Virus record (IMG/VR): IMGVR_UViG_3300027581_000011
Coordinates: 1 to 43,978 of that record
From: a virus
Lineage: Duplodnaviria > Caudoviricetes
Reading direction: 5' to 3' (one strand)
Length of the DNA stretch: 43,978 bases
The notes under the pieces: generated by a model
The model's database searches: none
Told to the model about the DNA's origin: nothing
What the model saw: only the letters and a program-made list of their open reading frames with translations
Position numbers and translations under genes: made by a program
Shown: positions 23,511 to 33,231 of the stretch, piece by piece
Layout: each line of letters starts with the position of its first letter
How positions within the stretch are numbered: position 1 is the stretch's first letter

Positions 23511-26500
23511 GTGGCTGATGTAAACTCCAATATTGGTATTAATTTTGATACCACAGCAGCACTCGCATCTCTTCGTAAACTTCAGGCTGGGTTAAGCACA
23601 TTTAATCAATCCCTAACTCAGGGTAACGTTGCAGCGATGAATGCCCAAAAGGGCCTAAATCAAAGTTTAATCCAGTCTATAAATGCAACTGGAAAGTTTG
23701 TCGCAAGTCAAAAAGAAATAGCAACAAGCACAGGATCTTTTACTCAGGCCCTTGAAAAAAATCAACTGTCAATGCGACAGTACTTTAGGTACACGGCAGC
23801 AGCAGCAACGGCCAATACTAAAGTCTTTAAAGGAATGTTTGCTCAAGAGCGTGAGATTATTAACCGTGCTCGTAAAGATAGAGTAAAACTTCTTCAGTCC
23901 CAGTATATTCAATTAGGCAATGCCAATGGTGACCTTGTCAAGGTTTTGCAGGTAGTTCCAAAGCACCTACAGATGGCCAATGGAAAGTACACAGACTATG
24001 CAACAAGAGTACAAATGGCTGCTCAGCGTCAGCAGTTCTTAAACCAATTACTAAAGCAAGGATCTACAAATCTTCTAAACTTTGGTAAGAATACTCAGTG
24101 GGCTGGTCGCCAGTTGATGGTTGGTTTGACAATACCTCTTTCTATCCTTGGGTCTGCAGCAGCAAAAACATTTTTAGAAATGGAACAAGCAGTTCTTAAG
24201 TTTCAAAGAGTATATGGAGATCTAACTACATCTGGAGATGCAACAAACAAAGCATTAAAAGATATACAGATGCTTGGAAAAGAATTTACAAAATATGGTA
24301 TAGCAGTAAAAGATACTGTTGAGATGGCTGCAACTGCTGCAGCAATGGGTTTGACAGGTGGTGCTTTAAATGCACAAGTAATCGCAGCAACAAGACTTGC
24401 TGTTCTTGGACAGGTTGAGCAGCAGCAAGCACTTGAGACAACTATATCTCTTCAAAATGCTTTCGGTATATCGTCAGAACAACTTGCACAAAAAATTAAT
24501 TTTCTTAACGCAGTAGAAAACCAGACTGTTCTTTCTATTGAAGACTTAACAATTGCAGTTCCAAAGGCTGGTCCAGTTATAAAGCAACTTGGTGGATCCG
24601 TAGAAGATCTTGCATTCTTTATGACTGCAATGAAAGAAGGTGGAATCAACGCATCAGAAGGTGCTAACGCACTTAAGTCTGGTCTTGCTTCTATGATTAA
24701 CCCTTCTAAAAAGTCAGCAGAATTTCTTGCCCAACTTGGAATTAACATAAAGGGTATTGTAAATAATAATGCTGGAGACCTTAAGGGTACTGTAGTTGGT
24801 TTTGCTAGAGCACTTGATACTCTAGACCCACTCAACCGTGCAAGAGCAATTGAACAACTATTTGGTAAGTTTCAGTTTGCACGTTTGTCTACCTTATTTC
24901 AAAACGTAACACAAGATTCTTCACAGGCTGCAAGAGCACTTGGTTTGGCAGGGGCATCAGTAGAAGAGTTGGCAATTTTATCTGAACGAGAATTAGCAAA
25001 GGTTGAAGACTCAACAGGTGCAAAGTTTAAGAAAGCAATGGAGAACATAAAGAATGAATTAGTTCCAGTTGGAAAAGCATTTCTAGAAGCAGTAACACCA
25101 ATTGTTTCTTCTGTAGGTAAAATATTAGAAAAGTTTAATGGCTTAAGTGATGGTACTAAAAAAGTAATAACAATAATGATTGGAGTAATTGGTGGTCTTG
25201 CTCCAATTGCACTTATGACATTTGGTATTCTTATGAACGGTGTAGCAAACGCCATAAAACTATTTGCAAAACTTCGTGGTGGAATTGCTCAACTTAACGG
25301 ACAAAACAATGTTCTTGGTGGAGGGTTTGACTATTTAACTAATCAGCAAACAGAATTACTTGCAGAAACAAACGCTCTTCATACATCTCATCAACAACTT
25401 CTTTCTACATTTAATGTTGAAAAAACTGCAGTTGATGCATTGGCCTTAGCATATGGAAATGCAGCCAGCCAAGCAAGAGCCCTTGCAAGTTCATCACCAG
25501 GGCTGTTTAACTCAGTCCCAGGACCAGCAGGGGCCGTAGCAGGGCTACCTCCTAAGAAGTTTGCAACAGGTGGAGTTGTTCCAGGCAGAGGTAATGGAGA
25601 TACAGTTCCAGCAATGCTTACCCCTGGAGAAGTTGTATTAACAAAAGAAGAGGCTAAAAATAATCCAACACTAATTGCAGCAATTCAAAATGGATCAGTA
25701 ATGAAGTACAACGGTGGAACTGGAAAATCACAAACTGCAGGTCAATCTTCTAAGGGAGTGGCGTTTGATGTTGGTGGTCAGCAACTTCGTTTAGCAATAA
25801 AGCCAGAATCAGAAAAAAATGTTACAGCAGTAACAAACCTTGTAAAAGCAATGCAAGATGGATCAATGGGTGTTGAAAATGGAGCAGACGTTCTTCAAGA
25901 AGTTTTTGCAAGATTAGCAAAGGAAGGAAAGGTAAAACTTGAAACCTTCCTTGCAGAATTAAGAATTGTAACAGAAGAAATGAGTGGTGTCACTTTAGCA
26001 TCTAATCAAATTAATGAGGCATCAGGTTTTACAGGCAAGGATAAGATTGCGGGTCACTCAGCAGGAGAATCTGAAGGAGGAGGCAGCAGTGTAAGAGATG
26101 ATATGTACGCAGCAGGTCGTGGTGCAGAATATGAAAGAATGCAAAAAATTGCCAATGAGTCTGGAGATAGAATAGATCAAGTTCCTGGTATGAAGCCACT
26201 TCAAAGACCAGATGCAGATCCATCAAAGGGTAAAAAGGGAAATGTTCAGTTAGACAGAGGCCATATTGCTTCTCCTGGTGCAACAGCAAAATCAGTTTCT
26301 GAAGGATGGGACCCAGACTTGTGGGATATCTCAACCCACTCAGAAAATGAACTATCTGAAATGCTTGCGCCTAAGCAAAATGAAGACGGCACAGAAAAAG
26401 CAAATGCAGCAAGAGATCTTTATTTTAAAAAATTAGAGGCACTTGAAGCAAAAAAAGAAGCAACAACAGAACAAATAAATTCTATAAAAGAAAAAATTCT

Positions 26501-29500
26501 TGTTAATGGAGCATTGAACGAAGAAGAACTTCAGATCCAGGCAAGAGTCCTTCAATCAATGTTGGATGACACAGAGTTTATGGCTAAAGAAACAACAGGA
26601 AAGAAAGGCAACAAAGGAACTGTTGCAACCCCTGGATTTAAAAGAGCAGCAACAGCAACAATTTTTGATGCTGAAGGCCGAGCAAAATATCCTAAAACAG
26701 ACATTGCAGATCCAAGATCTAAAGAAGAGCGTGTTGCTTCTGGAATGGCAAAAGTTGAAAAAAGAAAAGGAAAGTTTAATGAAGACGGTGGCGATAGTTT
26801 TGTCCCACTATCAGAAGCCGAAAAGAAAGCAAGGCTTGATTCAATCACAGTTGCTAAAGATGTAGACGCAGATCTTACTGCTGCAGAAAAGAAAGCAGAG
26901 ACAGCATCACCATCAAGACGAACTAAGCGTCTTGGAAAAGACATTGCAGATGGTCTTGCACAAGGAATAGAAGAAGGAACTCCTGGAGTCAAAACAAAGT
27001 CTTCACAACTTACTGATGCAGCACTACCATCAGCAGCAGAAACACAAGCAAGAGTTGGCAAGATGGATCTTGGAAACAAGGCATTCTATGATGACATTAA
27101 TACACCAGAGATGCGTGATGAAAGACAAGTTCTTAAGTCTTTAGATAGACAAAGAAGAAAGCGTGGGGCTAAGGGTTCTGTAGAACTTCCAGCAGATAAA
27201 TCATCAGTCAAGTCTAAAGTTCGTTTAGCAAAGAAAACACAAGTACAAAGTCAAGAGATTGCCAAGGAAACAGAAAATGTAGCAAAATCAACTGTTCTTG
27301 TTGCAGAAGAAACAGATGAATTTGCAAATGTAACTCAGGCTGCGGTAGATGCTCAAACAACAAATACATCAAATTTGATCACCACTAACCAACTAACCGA
27401 TGCAGCAAATAACAATCTTGGTCAGATGCTTCCAGCAATGGACAAAGCAGGAGTTGCCCAACAAGATCTTGCAGATTCTTCGGCAAATATTGCAAAGACA
27501 AATGATCAAATAGACGCAGAAAAGAAAGAACAGTTAGCACAACTAAAATCATATAACGCTCAAGAGGCTGCACGTATGGCAGCAGAAAATGGAATTGTTC
27601 CACCAGGAAGTCAGACAGGGAATGAAGAGTTAGGCAAAAACAGAATGGGATCTGTTGCTGCATATGAAGAAGCGTCTACTTATACCAGAGATAAAAATGG
27701 AAAAATACTGTTTGATCCAGAGCGAGATGCAAATGGCAAGAAGCAACCAACAACTCTTTCAGCAAAACAAATTAAACAAAAGAAACGTGGCATGCGTAGA
27801 GAGAAGGTTGGTAGGACTTCTGGAAAGGTGTCAGGAGGGCTTGGAACTGCAGCAATGGTTGCGGGTATGGCAGGAGCACCACCAGCAGTTACAGCAGCCC
27901 TTGGAGGCGCAGCAACAGTAGCACAGTTTGCTCCAATGCTTGCTGGTCTTACTGGTCCACAAGGCATTGCTGCTGCAGTTGTTGCAGTAGGAGCAAGCCT
28001 TTATTTATTAAATAGACACTTCACTGCATCTGCCAGAGCACAAGCAAAATTTGTAAAAGATATAACCGCAACAACAGATAAGATGAAAAAAATTGGTGAG
28101 TTTACTGGCACAGTTGGTGCATCTGAGATCATGGCAAAAAGAGCAGAGGCTGGCTTTAGTGGTGGATATATCCCAAGAGAAAGAAAGGGACAAGAATTTG
28201 GAATTACTTTTTCTGAGGGAGAAGTTGGAAAGCAGATGGCTGCATCCTTTGTTACCAGCATGGAAAAGTTTGGATCAAAAGAGGCAGCAAAGATATTTGG
28301 TTTGGAGTTAGCAGCATATGTAGCAGACGGAGTTTTGACTGCAGAACAAGCACAAGGAATAGCCTTTGCAATTGGATCAAAGTTTAAAGATCAAAACATA
28401 ATGGTTGATATAGAGGCCCAACTCAGTAATGTAATCGGAATGAATGGGGAAGACCTATCAAGAGATCCACTAGAACTCAGATTAAGACTTGTCTCAGAAG
28501 GAAATAGGCAGGTACAAAGAGAAATTGATGCCATGATGGATAAGGCAGACAACACAACCGTATCTGGTGCAGATGAAGCAGCACGAGTAGCAGGGTTCCA
28601 ACTAAATGCAATAACCCTTGCACAATTAGCAGCAGACTCTATGGCAAAATATTATGAGGATGAAAAGAAAGTTTTGGAAACACAACTTGCTGCAACAGCA
28701 AATAAAGAAGAACAAGTAAAGATTCAAACAAAACTAAGTAATTTAATTCAAGAGTCTTCAGATTCACAACAAATTGTAAATGACCAGATGCTACAACAGA
28801 TAAATAGTGCTATTGCTCAGTTTGATTCTAAAATTAGAACTAATAACGTTGGCATGTTTAGTGACAAGGCAAGAAGAGAAAATGCTTATTTTGATTCATT
28901 AAAGCAGTCTGTTACATCTGCATATGCTGGAACTGGTATGGAAAAAGACGCACAAACACTTATAAGCAGAACATCAAAAATATCTGATACCGCATACAGA
29001 CAAGGATTTGATAACACTGGTGGAAAAACCGCTTATGATAAAGGTCAAAATCTTGAAGTAAAAATTAATATGCTTGTGGCAAACAAGTTAATTTCACCAA
29101 TGCAAGCAAATGCATTTTTAGATTTATTTGAAGGAAACCTTCCTGACCTAGAGACTACCCTAGATGTAGGAATTCAATCAAGGGGTGCTGCCAAGACATC
29201 AGAACTACTAGGAATAATGACTAGGTTTGAAGATAAAGATTCTGCCAGAAAGATGGCAATGAATATAACCATGGAAGATAATGAGACGTTTGATAGGCTT
29301 ACAAATATTCTTGGTCTAGCAAATATGCTAGACGGTAAAGAAATTGATATTGATATTATGTTTGGTGGAGTTGAAGGAGAGTCAAGACTAAAAGTTTTAG
29401 ATGAGCAATTCCTTGCACTAACCAATAATGTAGATGCTCTTGCAGACAAAGAGATAACAACAGACTTCTTGGTTAATTTTGATCAAAACTATGGAACAGA

Positions 29501-32500
29501 TGTATCTAAGGCTGACTTAGATTTTATTAAAAAAGAATTTGCAGGGGATAAAAAAGGTCAAGTAAATGCATTAAGAACATATGAAATAATCTCTCAATAT
29601 GTAAATAGTATGGAGTTTGATAGCCCAGAAGCAGAAGAAATGTTTAAGCAAGAAGCAGAAAGAAGACTTGTTGAAGGATACAGGACTAGAGCAGATAAAA
29701 GTCAAACTTTTGATGAGTATCGTAATGTTAATTATGCACTTTTGCTTGATGAGGCAAAGAGTGATTTCTTACTAGATAAAGATGGATTTATTCAAACTAG
29801 GTTTAAGGCTGTAATTGGAACTACTCCAAAGATAAATGCTAATGATGGTGGTAACGGTCCTGGTGACGGTGGAAAAGAAAAGAAGGACCCTCTAGAGTTC
29901 CTTGACTCACTTGCAATGAGAATTAAGAATGTTCGTGATGGAGCATTTGATGCAACAAAGCCATTACAGTCTATGCTTGCTGCTTTTAGTAATCCAAAAG
30001 TAAAGAAAGACATGGCTACTGCATTTAAGGTGTTTGATGGTCTGCAACAAAGAATGATTGGTATGAAGGTTCCAAAAGAATTTAGAGATATGATCGCTTC
30101 TATGTCTTCTGAAGACTTTAAGGAACTAGCAAACCTTAAGGGTAATAAGGCTATCTTTAAGTTTAAGAAAGATAAAAATGGAAAAGCCTTGCCAAGAACA
30201 AAGGCAAATATTGAGGCTCTTACCGACACTGGTAAAAAAATGATGAAGACATACAATGAGGCTATAGTTGGAGAAGGCAACGTTGTTAATAGAGAAGTAG
30301 TAGAACAAATTTCTAATCAAGAAAAGGCATTTAAGATTTTGATTTCAGAAGGTGCAACTGCAACAGAAGCCCTAGAGCATGTTCAGGATGCAGCCCTTGC
30401 TGCAGCAATTGCATCAGGTGCTCTTGGCAAAGAAGGAAGTGCAGAAAGAAAGCAATATATTGCAGATCTTAAAAAGGCTGCTGACGAAACAGAAAGGTTT
30501 GCCCTTCGTCAAAAAATGATTACAGCAAATGAAGAGTTTAAACTTCTTGAGCAAATGCCAAAACTTGGAAGCGCAATGAAACTTGCAGGATTCTCTGCAG
30601 ACCAAATGCAAGAAGTGTTAAATGATCCAGCACTTGCAAAGAGTTTAATTGAAGATCTTAAAGATGGAAAGGTTGACTCTAAGGAAATAGCAGACTACCT
30701 AAACTCTATTGAGGCTAGAAAGATTATTGATATCCAAGTAAACTATAACTCTGGAAAATTCTCTGAGTCTGCCCAGCCTGGTATGGACCTTGTAGATGAG
30801 ATGTTCTCTGTTCAAGAAAGCATGCTAAGAACTGGTGCTGATCCAAAAACAAACGGTATGGTTAAGACATTGCAGGCTAATGAAGAAAAGTTAATAGACC
30901 TAGAGTTAGCAGCCAAGCCAATTAGAAAAGAAATCGAATTGCTTAATCGTGAGATTAGGAACATAGAGCAAGAGATTGAGAAGAATTACACAAGACCTAT
31001 AGAAGGATTACAAGAAGAGATTAGCGACCTAGAACGAACACTAGAAATAGATCCAAAATTTGGTGATCGTGCTATGGAAGCAATCAATAAGCAAAATGCT
31101 AAGATGTCAAATGATGCTGCAATCATGGCGAACCAAGCAGAAACAATTAATGATAAATATGACAAGCAGGCAGAGGCTCTTGCTAAGGTTGCAGAAATAA
31201 ATGAAGATATTTTAAATCAGCAAAAGAGCCAACTTGATATTGCAGGTGCTTTAACTAGCGGAGACATTTCAGCAGCAGCCAAGGCAGCACAAGAAGCCCG
31301 TGCACAGTCAGCACAAAGATTTAGTGGTTCTTTATCTCAAGCATTAGACCAATCCAGAGCAAATGAAATTGATGGGCTTAGAGGAGCAGAGACTGGCTTC
31401 TCTCAAAAAGAGATTGATCAAAAGCAGTTTGAAAATGCTCAAGCACTTTACAAAATGGAGAACGATCCAGCACGACTTAAGATTGTTTCAGATATCAGAG
31501 ATAAGCAAGATCAGATTTACAAACTAGAAGAGTTGCGTGAAAAGAAACTTGCCGATATTCAAATAAAACAAGATCTCATTCTTAAAAAACAAATAGAGCA
31601 ACTTCAACCACTAGAAGATCAGATTGCAGACATTACATATTCAAATGAACTGATACAGGCACAGATAGATAAGTATGTCAAGGGCATAGAAGTTCTAGGA
31701 AAAACCCAATCAGAGTGGGATGCAGTCAAGGCTAAGATTGACGCAAACACACTTGCAGGTAAAAACTTTGATGCCCAACTTGGAGCATTGCTTGCTTCAA
31801 CAGATGCAATTGACAAGAAGTGGCAAAGCATTCTTGATAAGTTGGCAGCATATAATGGAATACCACAGGGAGTAATTGACGCCAAGACCCAGGTTGAACA
31901 AAATGGTGCATCAGCAGATGCACAAGTAGCAGCAGATAAAGCAGCAGCCGATGCAGTCATAATTGCAGCACTAGATAAAGCAATAACAGGAAAAGATGAT
32001 GGATCTCCAACAGCATCTGCCAATGCTGTTGTATCTAGCACAGTACCAACACCAGTTAAGGCACCAGTAAAAACAGCAGTAACTGTCAAGTCTGGAGACA
32101 CACTTTCTAGCATTGCAAAAGCAAACAAGACAACTGTGGCAGCACTGCAGGCTGCAAATCCTGTATTAATGAGTAATCCAAAATATAATGATGGAAAAAC
32201 AATATTCTCAGGAACAAAAATTACAATCCCTGCTCCTAAAGCACCAAGTGTTGGTGGTGGTGGCGGATCAAGCAGTATGATGTTTAAGTCTAAGGGTGGA
32301 CTTATACCTAGGTATTTTGCTAGAGGAGGATTTGCAAGAGGAACAGATACTGTCCCAGCGATGCTAACTCCAGGAGAGTTTATTGTTAGCAAGTATGGTG
32401 TAGATTCTTACGGTGCAGATAATCTTAAAAAGATAAATAACGGAGATGCACCTGTCGGAGCAGTGTATAATAATACATATACGCTAACTGTTAACGCAAA

Positions 32501-32600
32501 GACAAATGCTAATCCAAATGAAATTGCACAGGCAGTAATGTCAACAATTAGACAAGTTGACGACAGAAGAATTAGAGGGGTGTCATTAAATGGTCGATGA
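23511..32600 (+). CDS. tape measure protein (3029 aa) with C-terminal LysM domain
   Basis: TP901-type TMP core (AMKEGGINASEGANALKSGL, AIEQLFGK), hydrophobic segments, long coiled-coil regions, two DTVPAMLTPGE motifs and LysM (VKSGDTLSSIAKANKTTVAALQAANP...IFSGTKITIP, 32079-32231). Confidence 0.93.
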   Translation: MADVNSNIGINFDTTAALASLRKLQAGLSTFNQSLTQGNVAAMNAQKGLNQSLIQSINATGKFVASQKEIATSTGSFTQALEKNQLSMRQYFRYTAAAATANTKVFKGMFAQEREIINRARKDRVKLLQSQYIQLGNANGDLVKVLQVVPKHLQMANGKYTDYATRVQMAAQRQQFLNQLLKQGSTNLLNFGKNTQWAGRQLMVGLTIPLSILGSAAAKTFLEMEQAVLKFQRVYGDLTTSGDATNKALKDIQMLGKEFTKYGIAVKDTVEMAATAAAMGLTGGALNAQVIAATRLAVLGQVEQQQALETTISLQNAFGISSEQLAQKINFLNAVENQTVLSIEDLTIAVPKAGPVIKQLGGSVEDLAFFMTAMKEGGINASEGANALKSGLASMINPSKKSAEFLAQLGINIKGIVNNNAGDLKGTVVGFARALDTLDPLNRARAIEQLFGKFQFARLSTLFQNVTQDSSQAARALGLAGASVEELAILSERELAKVEDSTGAKFKKAMENIKNELVPVGKAFLEAVTPIVSSVGKILEKFNGLSDGTKKVITIMIGVIGGLAPIALMTFGILMNGVANAIKLFAKLRGGIAQLNGQNNVLGGGFDYLTNQQTELLAETNALHTSHQQLLSTFNVEKTAVDALALAYGNAASQARALASSSPGLFNSVPGPAGAVAGLPPKKFATGGVVPGRGNGDTVPAMLTPGEVVLTKEEAKNNPTLIAAIQNGSVMKYNGGTGKSQTAGQSSKGVAFDVGGQQLRLAIKPESEKNVTAVTNLVKAMQDGSMGVENGADVLQEVFARLAKEGKVKLETFLAELRIVTEEMSGVTLASNQINEASGFTGKDKIAGHSAGESEGGGSSVRDDMYAAGRGAEYERMQKIANESGDRIDQVPGMKPLQRPDADPSKGKKGNVQLDRGHIASPGATAKSVSEGWDPDLWDISTHSENELSEMLAPKQNEDGTEKANAARDLYFKKLEALEAKKEATTEQINSIKEKILVNGALNEEELQIQARVLQSMLDDTEFMAKETTGKKGNKGTVATPGFKRAATATIFDAEGRAKYPKTDIADPRSKEERVASGMAKVEKRKGKFNEDGGDSFVPLSEAEKKARLDSITVAKDVDADLTAAEKKAETASPSRRTKRLGKDIADGLAQGIEEGTPGVKTKSSQLTDAALPSAAETQARVGKMDLGNKAFYDDINTPEMRDERQVLKSLDRQRRKRGAKGSVELPADKSSVKSKVRLAKKTQVQSQEIAKETENVAKSTVLVAEETDEFANVTQAAVDAQTTNTSNLITTNQLTDAANNNLGQMLPAMDKAGVAQQDLADSSANIAKTNDQIDAEKKEQLAQLKSYNAQEAARMAAENGIVPPGSQTGNEELGKNRMGSVAAYEEASTYTRDKNGKILFDPERDANGKKQPTTLSAKQIKQKKRGMRREKVGRTSGKVSGGLGTAAMVAGMAGAPPAVTAALGGAATVAQFAPMLAGLTGPQGIAAAVVAVGASLYLLNRHFTASARAQAKFVKDITATTDKMKKIGEFTGTVGASEIMAKRAEAGFSGGYIPRERKGQEFGITFSEGEVGKQMAASFVTSMEKFGSKEAAKIFGLELAAYVADGVLTAEQAQGIAFAIGSKFKDQNIMVDIEAQLSNVIGMNGEDLSRDPLELRLRLVSEGNRQVQREIDAMMDKADNTTVSGADEAARVAGFQLNAITLAQLAADSMAKYYEDEKKVLETQLAATANKEEQVKIQTKLSNLIQESSDSQQIVNDQMLQQINSAIAQFDSKIRTNNVGMFSDKARRENAYFDSLKQSVTSAYAGTGMEKDAQTLISRTSKISDTAYRQGFDNTGGKTAYDKGQNLEVKINMLVANKLISPMQANAFLDLFEGNLPDLETTLDVGIQSRGAAKTSELLGIMTRFEDKDSARKMAMNITMEDNETFDRLTNILGLANMLDGKEIDIDIMFGGVEGESRLKVLDEQFLALTNNVDALADKEITTDFLVNFDQNYGTDVSKADLDFIKKEFAGDKKGQVNALRTYEIISQYVNSMEFDSPEAEEMFKQEAERRLVEGYRTRADKSQTFDEYRNVNYALLLDEAKSDFLLDKDGFIQTRFKAVIGTTPKINANDGGNGPGDGGKEKKDPLEFLDSLAMRIKNVRDGAFDATKPLQSMLAAFSNPKVKKDMATAFKVFDGLQQRMIGMKVPKEFRDMIASMSSEDFKELANLKGNKAIFKFKKDKNGKALPRTKANIEALTDTGKKMMKTYNEAIVGEGNVVNREVVEQISNQEKAFKILISEGATATEALEHVQDAALAAAIASGALGKEGSAERKQYIADLKKAADETERFALRQKMITANEEFKLLEQMPKLGSAMKLAGFSADQMQEVLNDPALAKSLIEDLKDGKVDSKEIADYLNSIEARKIIDIQVNYNSGKFSESAQPGMDLVDEMFSVQESMLRTGADPKTNGMVKTLQANEEKLIDLELAAKPIRKEIELLNREIRNIEQEIEKNYTRPIEGLQEEISDLERTLEIDPKFGDRAMEAINKQNAKMSNDAAIMANQAETINDKYDKQAEALAKVAEINEDILNQQKSQLDIAGALTSGDISAAAKAAQEARAQSAQRFSGSLSQALDQSRANEIDGLRGAETGFSQKEIDQKQFENAQALYKMENDPARLKIVSDIRDKQDQIYKLEELREKKLADIQIKQDLILKKQIEQLQPLEDQIADITYSNELIQAQIDKYVKGIEVLGKTQSEWDAVKAKIDANTLAGKNFDAQLGALLASTDAIDKKWQSILDKLAAYNGIPQGVIDAKTQVEQNGASADAQVAADKAAADAVIIAALDKAITGKDDGSPTASANAVVSSTVPTPVKAPVKTAVTVKSGDTLSSIAKANKTTVAALQAANPVLMSNPKYNDGKTIFSGTKITIPAPKAPSVGGGGGSSSMMFKSKGGLIPRYFARGGFARGTDTVPAMLTPGEFIVSKYGVDSYGADNLKKINNGDAPVGAVYNNTYTLTVNAKTNANPNEIAQAVMSTIRQVDDRRIRGVSLNGR

Positions 32601-33231
32601 AGTAATAGATCCTAGAGTCACATATATGCTTGGCCGTAAAAAATATAGAAGACCAAGCGGTATGCTGTGGTCAGAAAATAGTGGCACACTGCAAAACGAA
32701 ATCTATGTACCTAATGGTCATGAGGTAGGGGCAGATCCGCTAGGAGTTGAAGACTCGTCACTAATAGATCAGTTCTTACTCATCACTGACGATAACAGAC
32801 AACCACTACAGTTTAAAAATGAAAGAATAGAAAAAAGAGAAAGAATGATTAATGGGCGAATGAGATCTTATCATATTGCTGACAAACTTACTTTAAGTAC
32901 TAGTTGGTCTCTAATTCCTTCTAGGTCTCACGAGGATGTTCCAACATTTGATACAGAAAGTGGCTCGTCTCCAAAAAAATCATATACAACAGATGGCGGA
33001 GCAGGTGGTGCTGATATGCTAGAGTGGTATGAAGCACACAAGGGATCTTTTTGGGTATTTCTTGCTTACGACAGAAAGGGTATATTTAAAGGACAGCCAG
33101 ATGCTTATGATAACCTACAGGAATACAACCAACTAATTGAAATGTTTATTAGTGACTTTTCTTACTCTGTTGAAAAACGAGGAAACAAGTTTGACTATTG
33201 GAATGTCTCAGTAATTTTGGAAGAAGTATAA
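32590..33231 (+). CDS. putative distal tail (Dit-like) protein
   Basis: Immediately after TMP; RERMINGRMRSYHIADK..LS.SW and a C-terminal WNVSV.LEEV pattern. Confidence 0.6.
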   Translation: MVDEVIDPRVTYMLGRKKYRRPSGMLWSENSGTLQNEIYVPNGHEVGADPLGVEDSSLIDQFLLITDDNRQPLQFKNERIEKRERMINGRMRSYHIADKLTLSTSWSLIPSRSHEDVPTFDTESGSSPKKSYTTDGGAGGADMLEWYEAHKGSFWVFLAYDRKGIFKGQPDAYDNLQEYNQLIEMFISDFSYSVEKRGNKFDYWNVSVILEEV

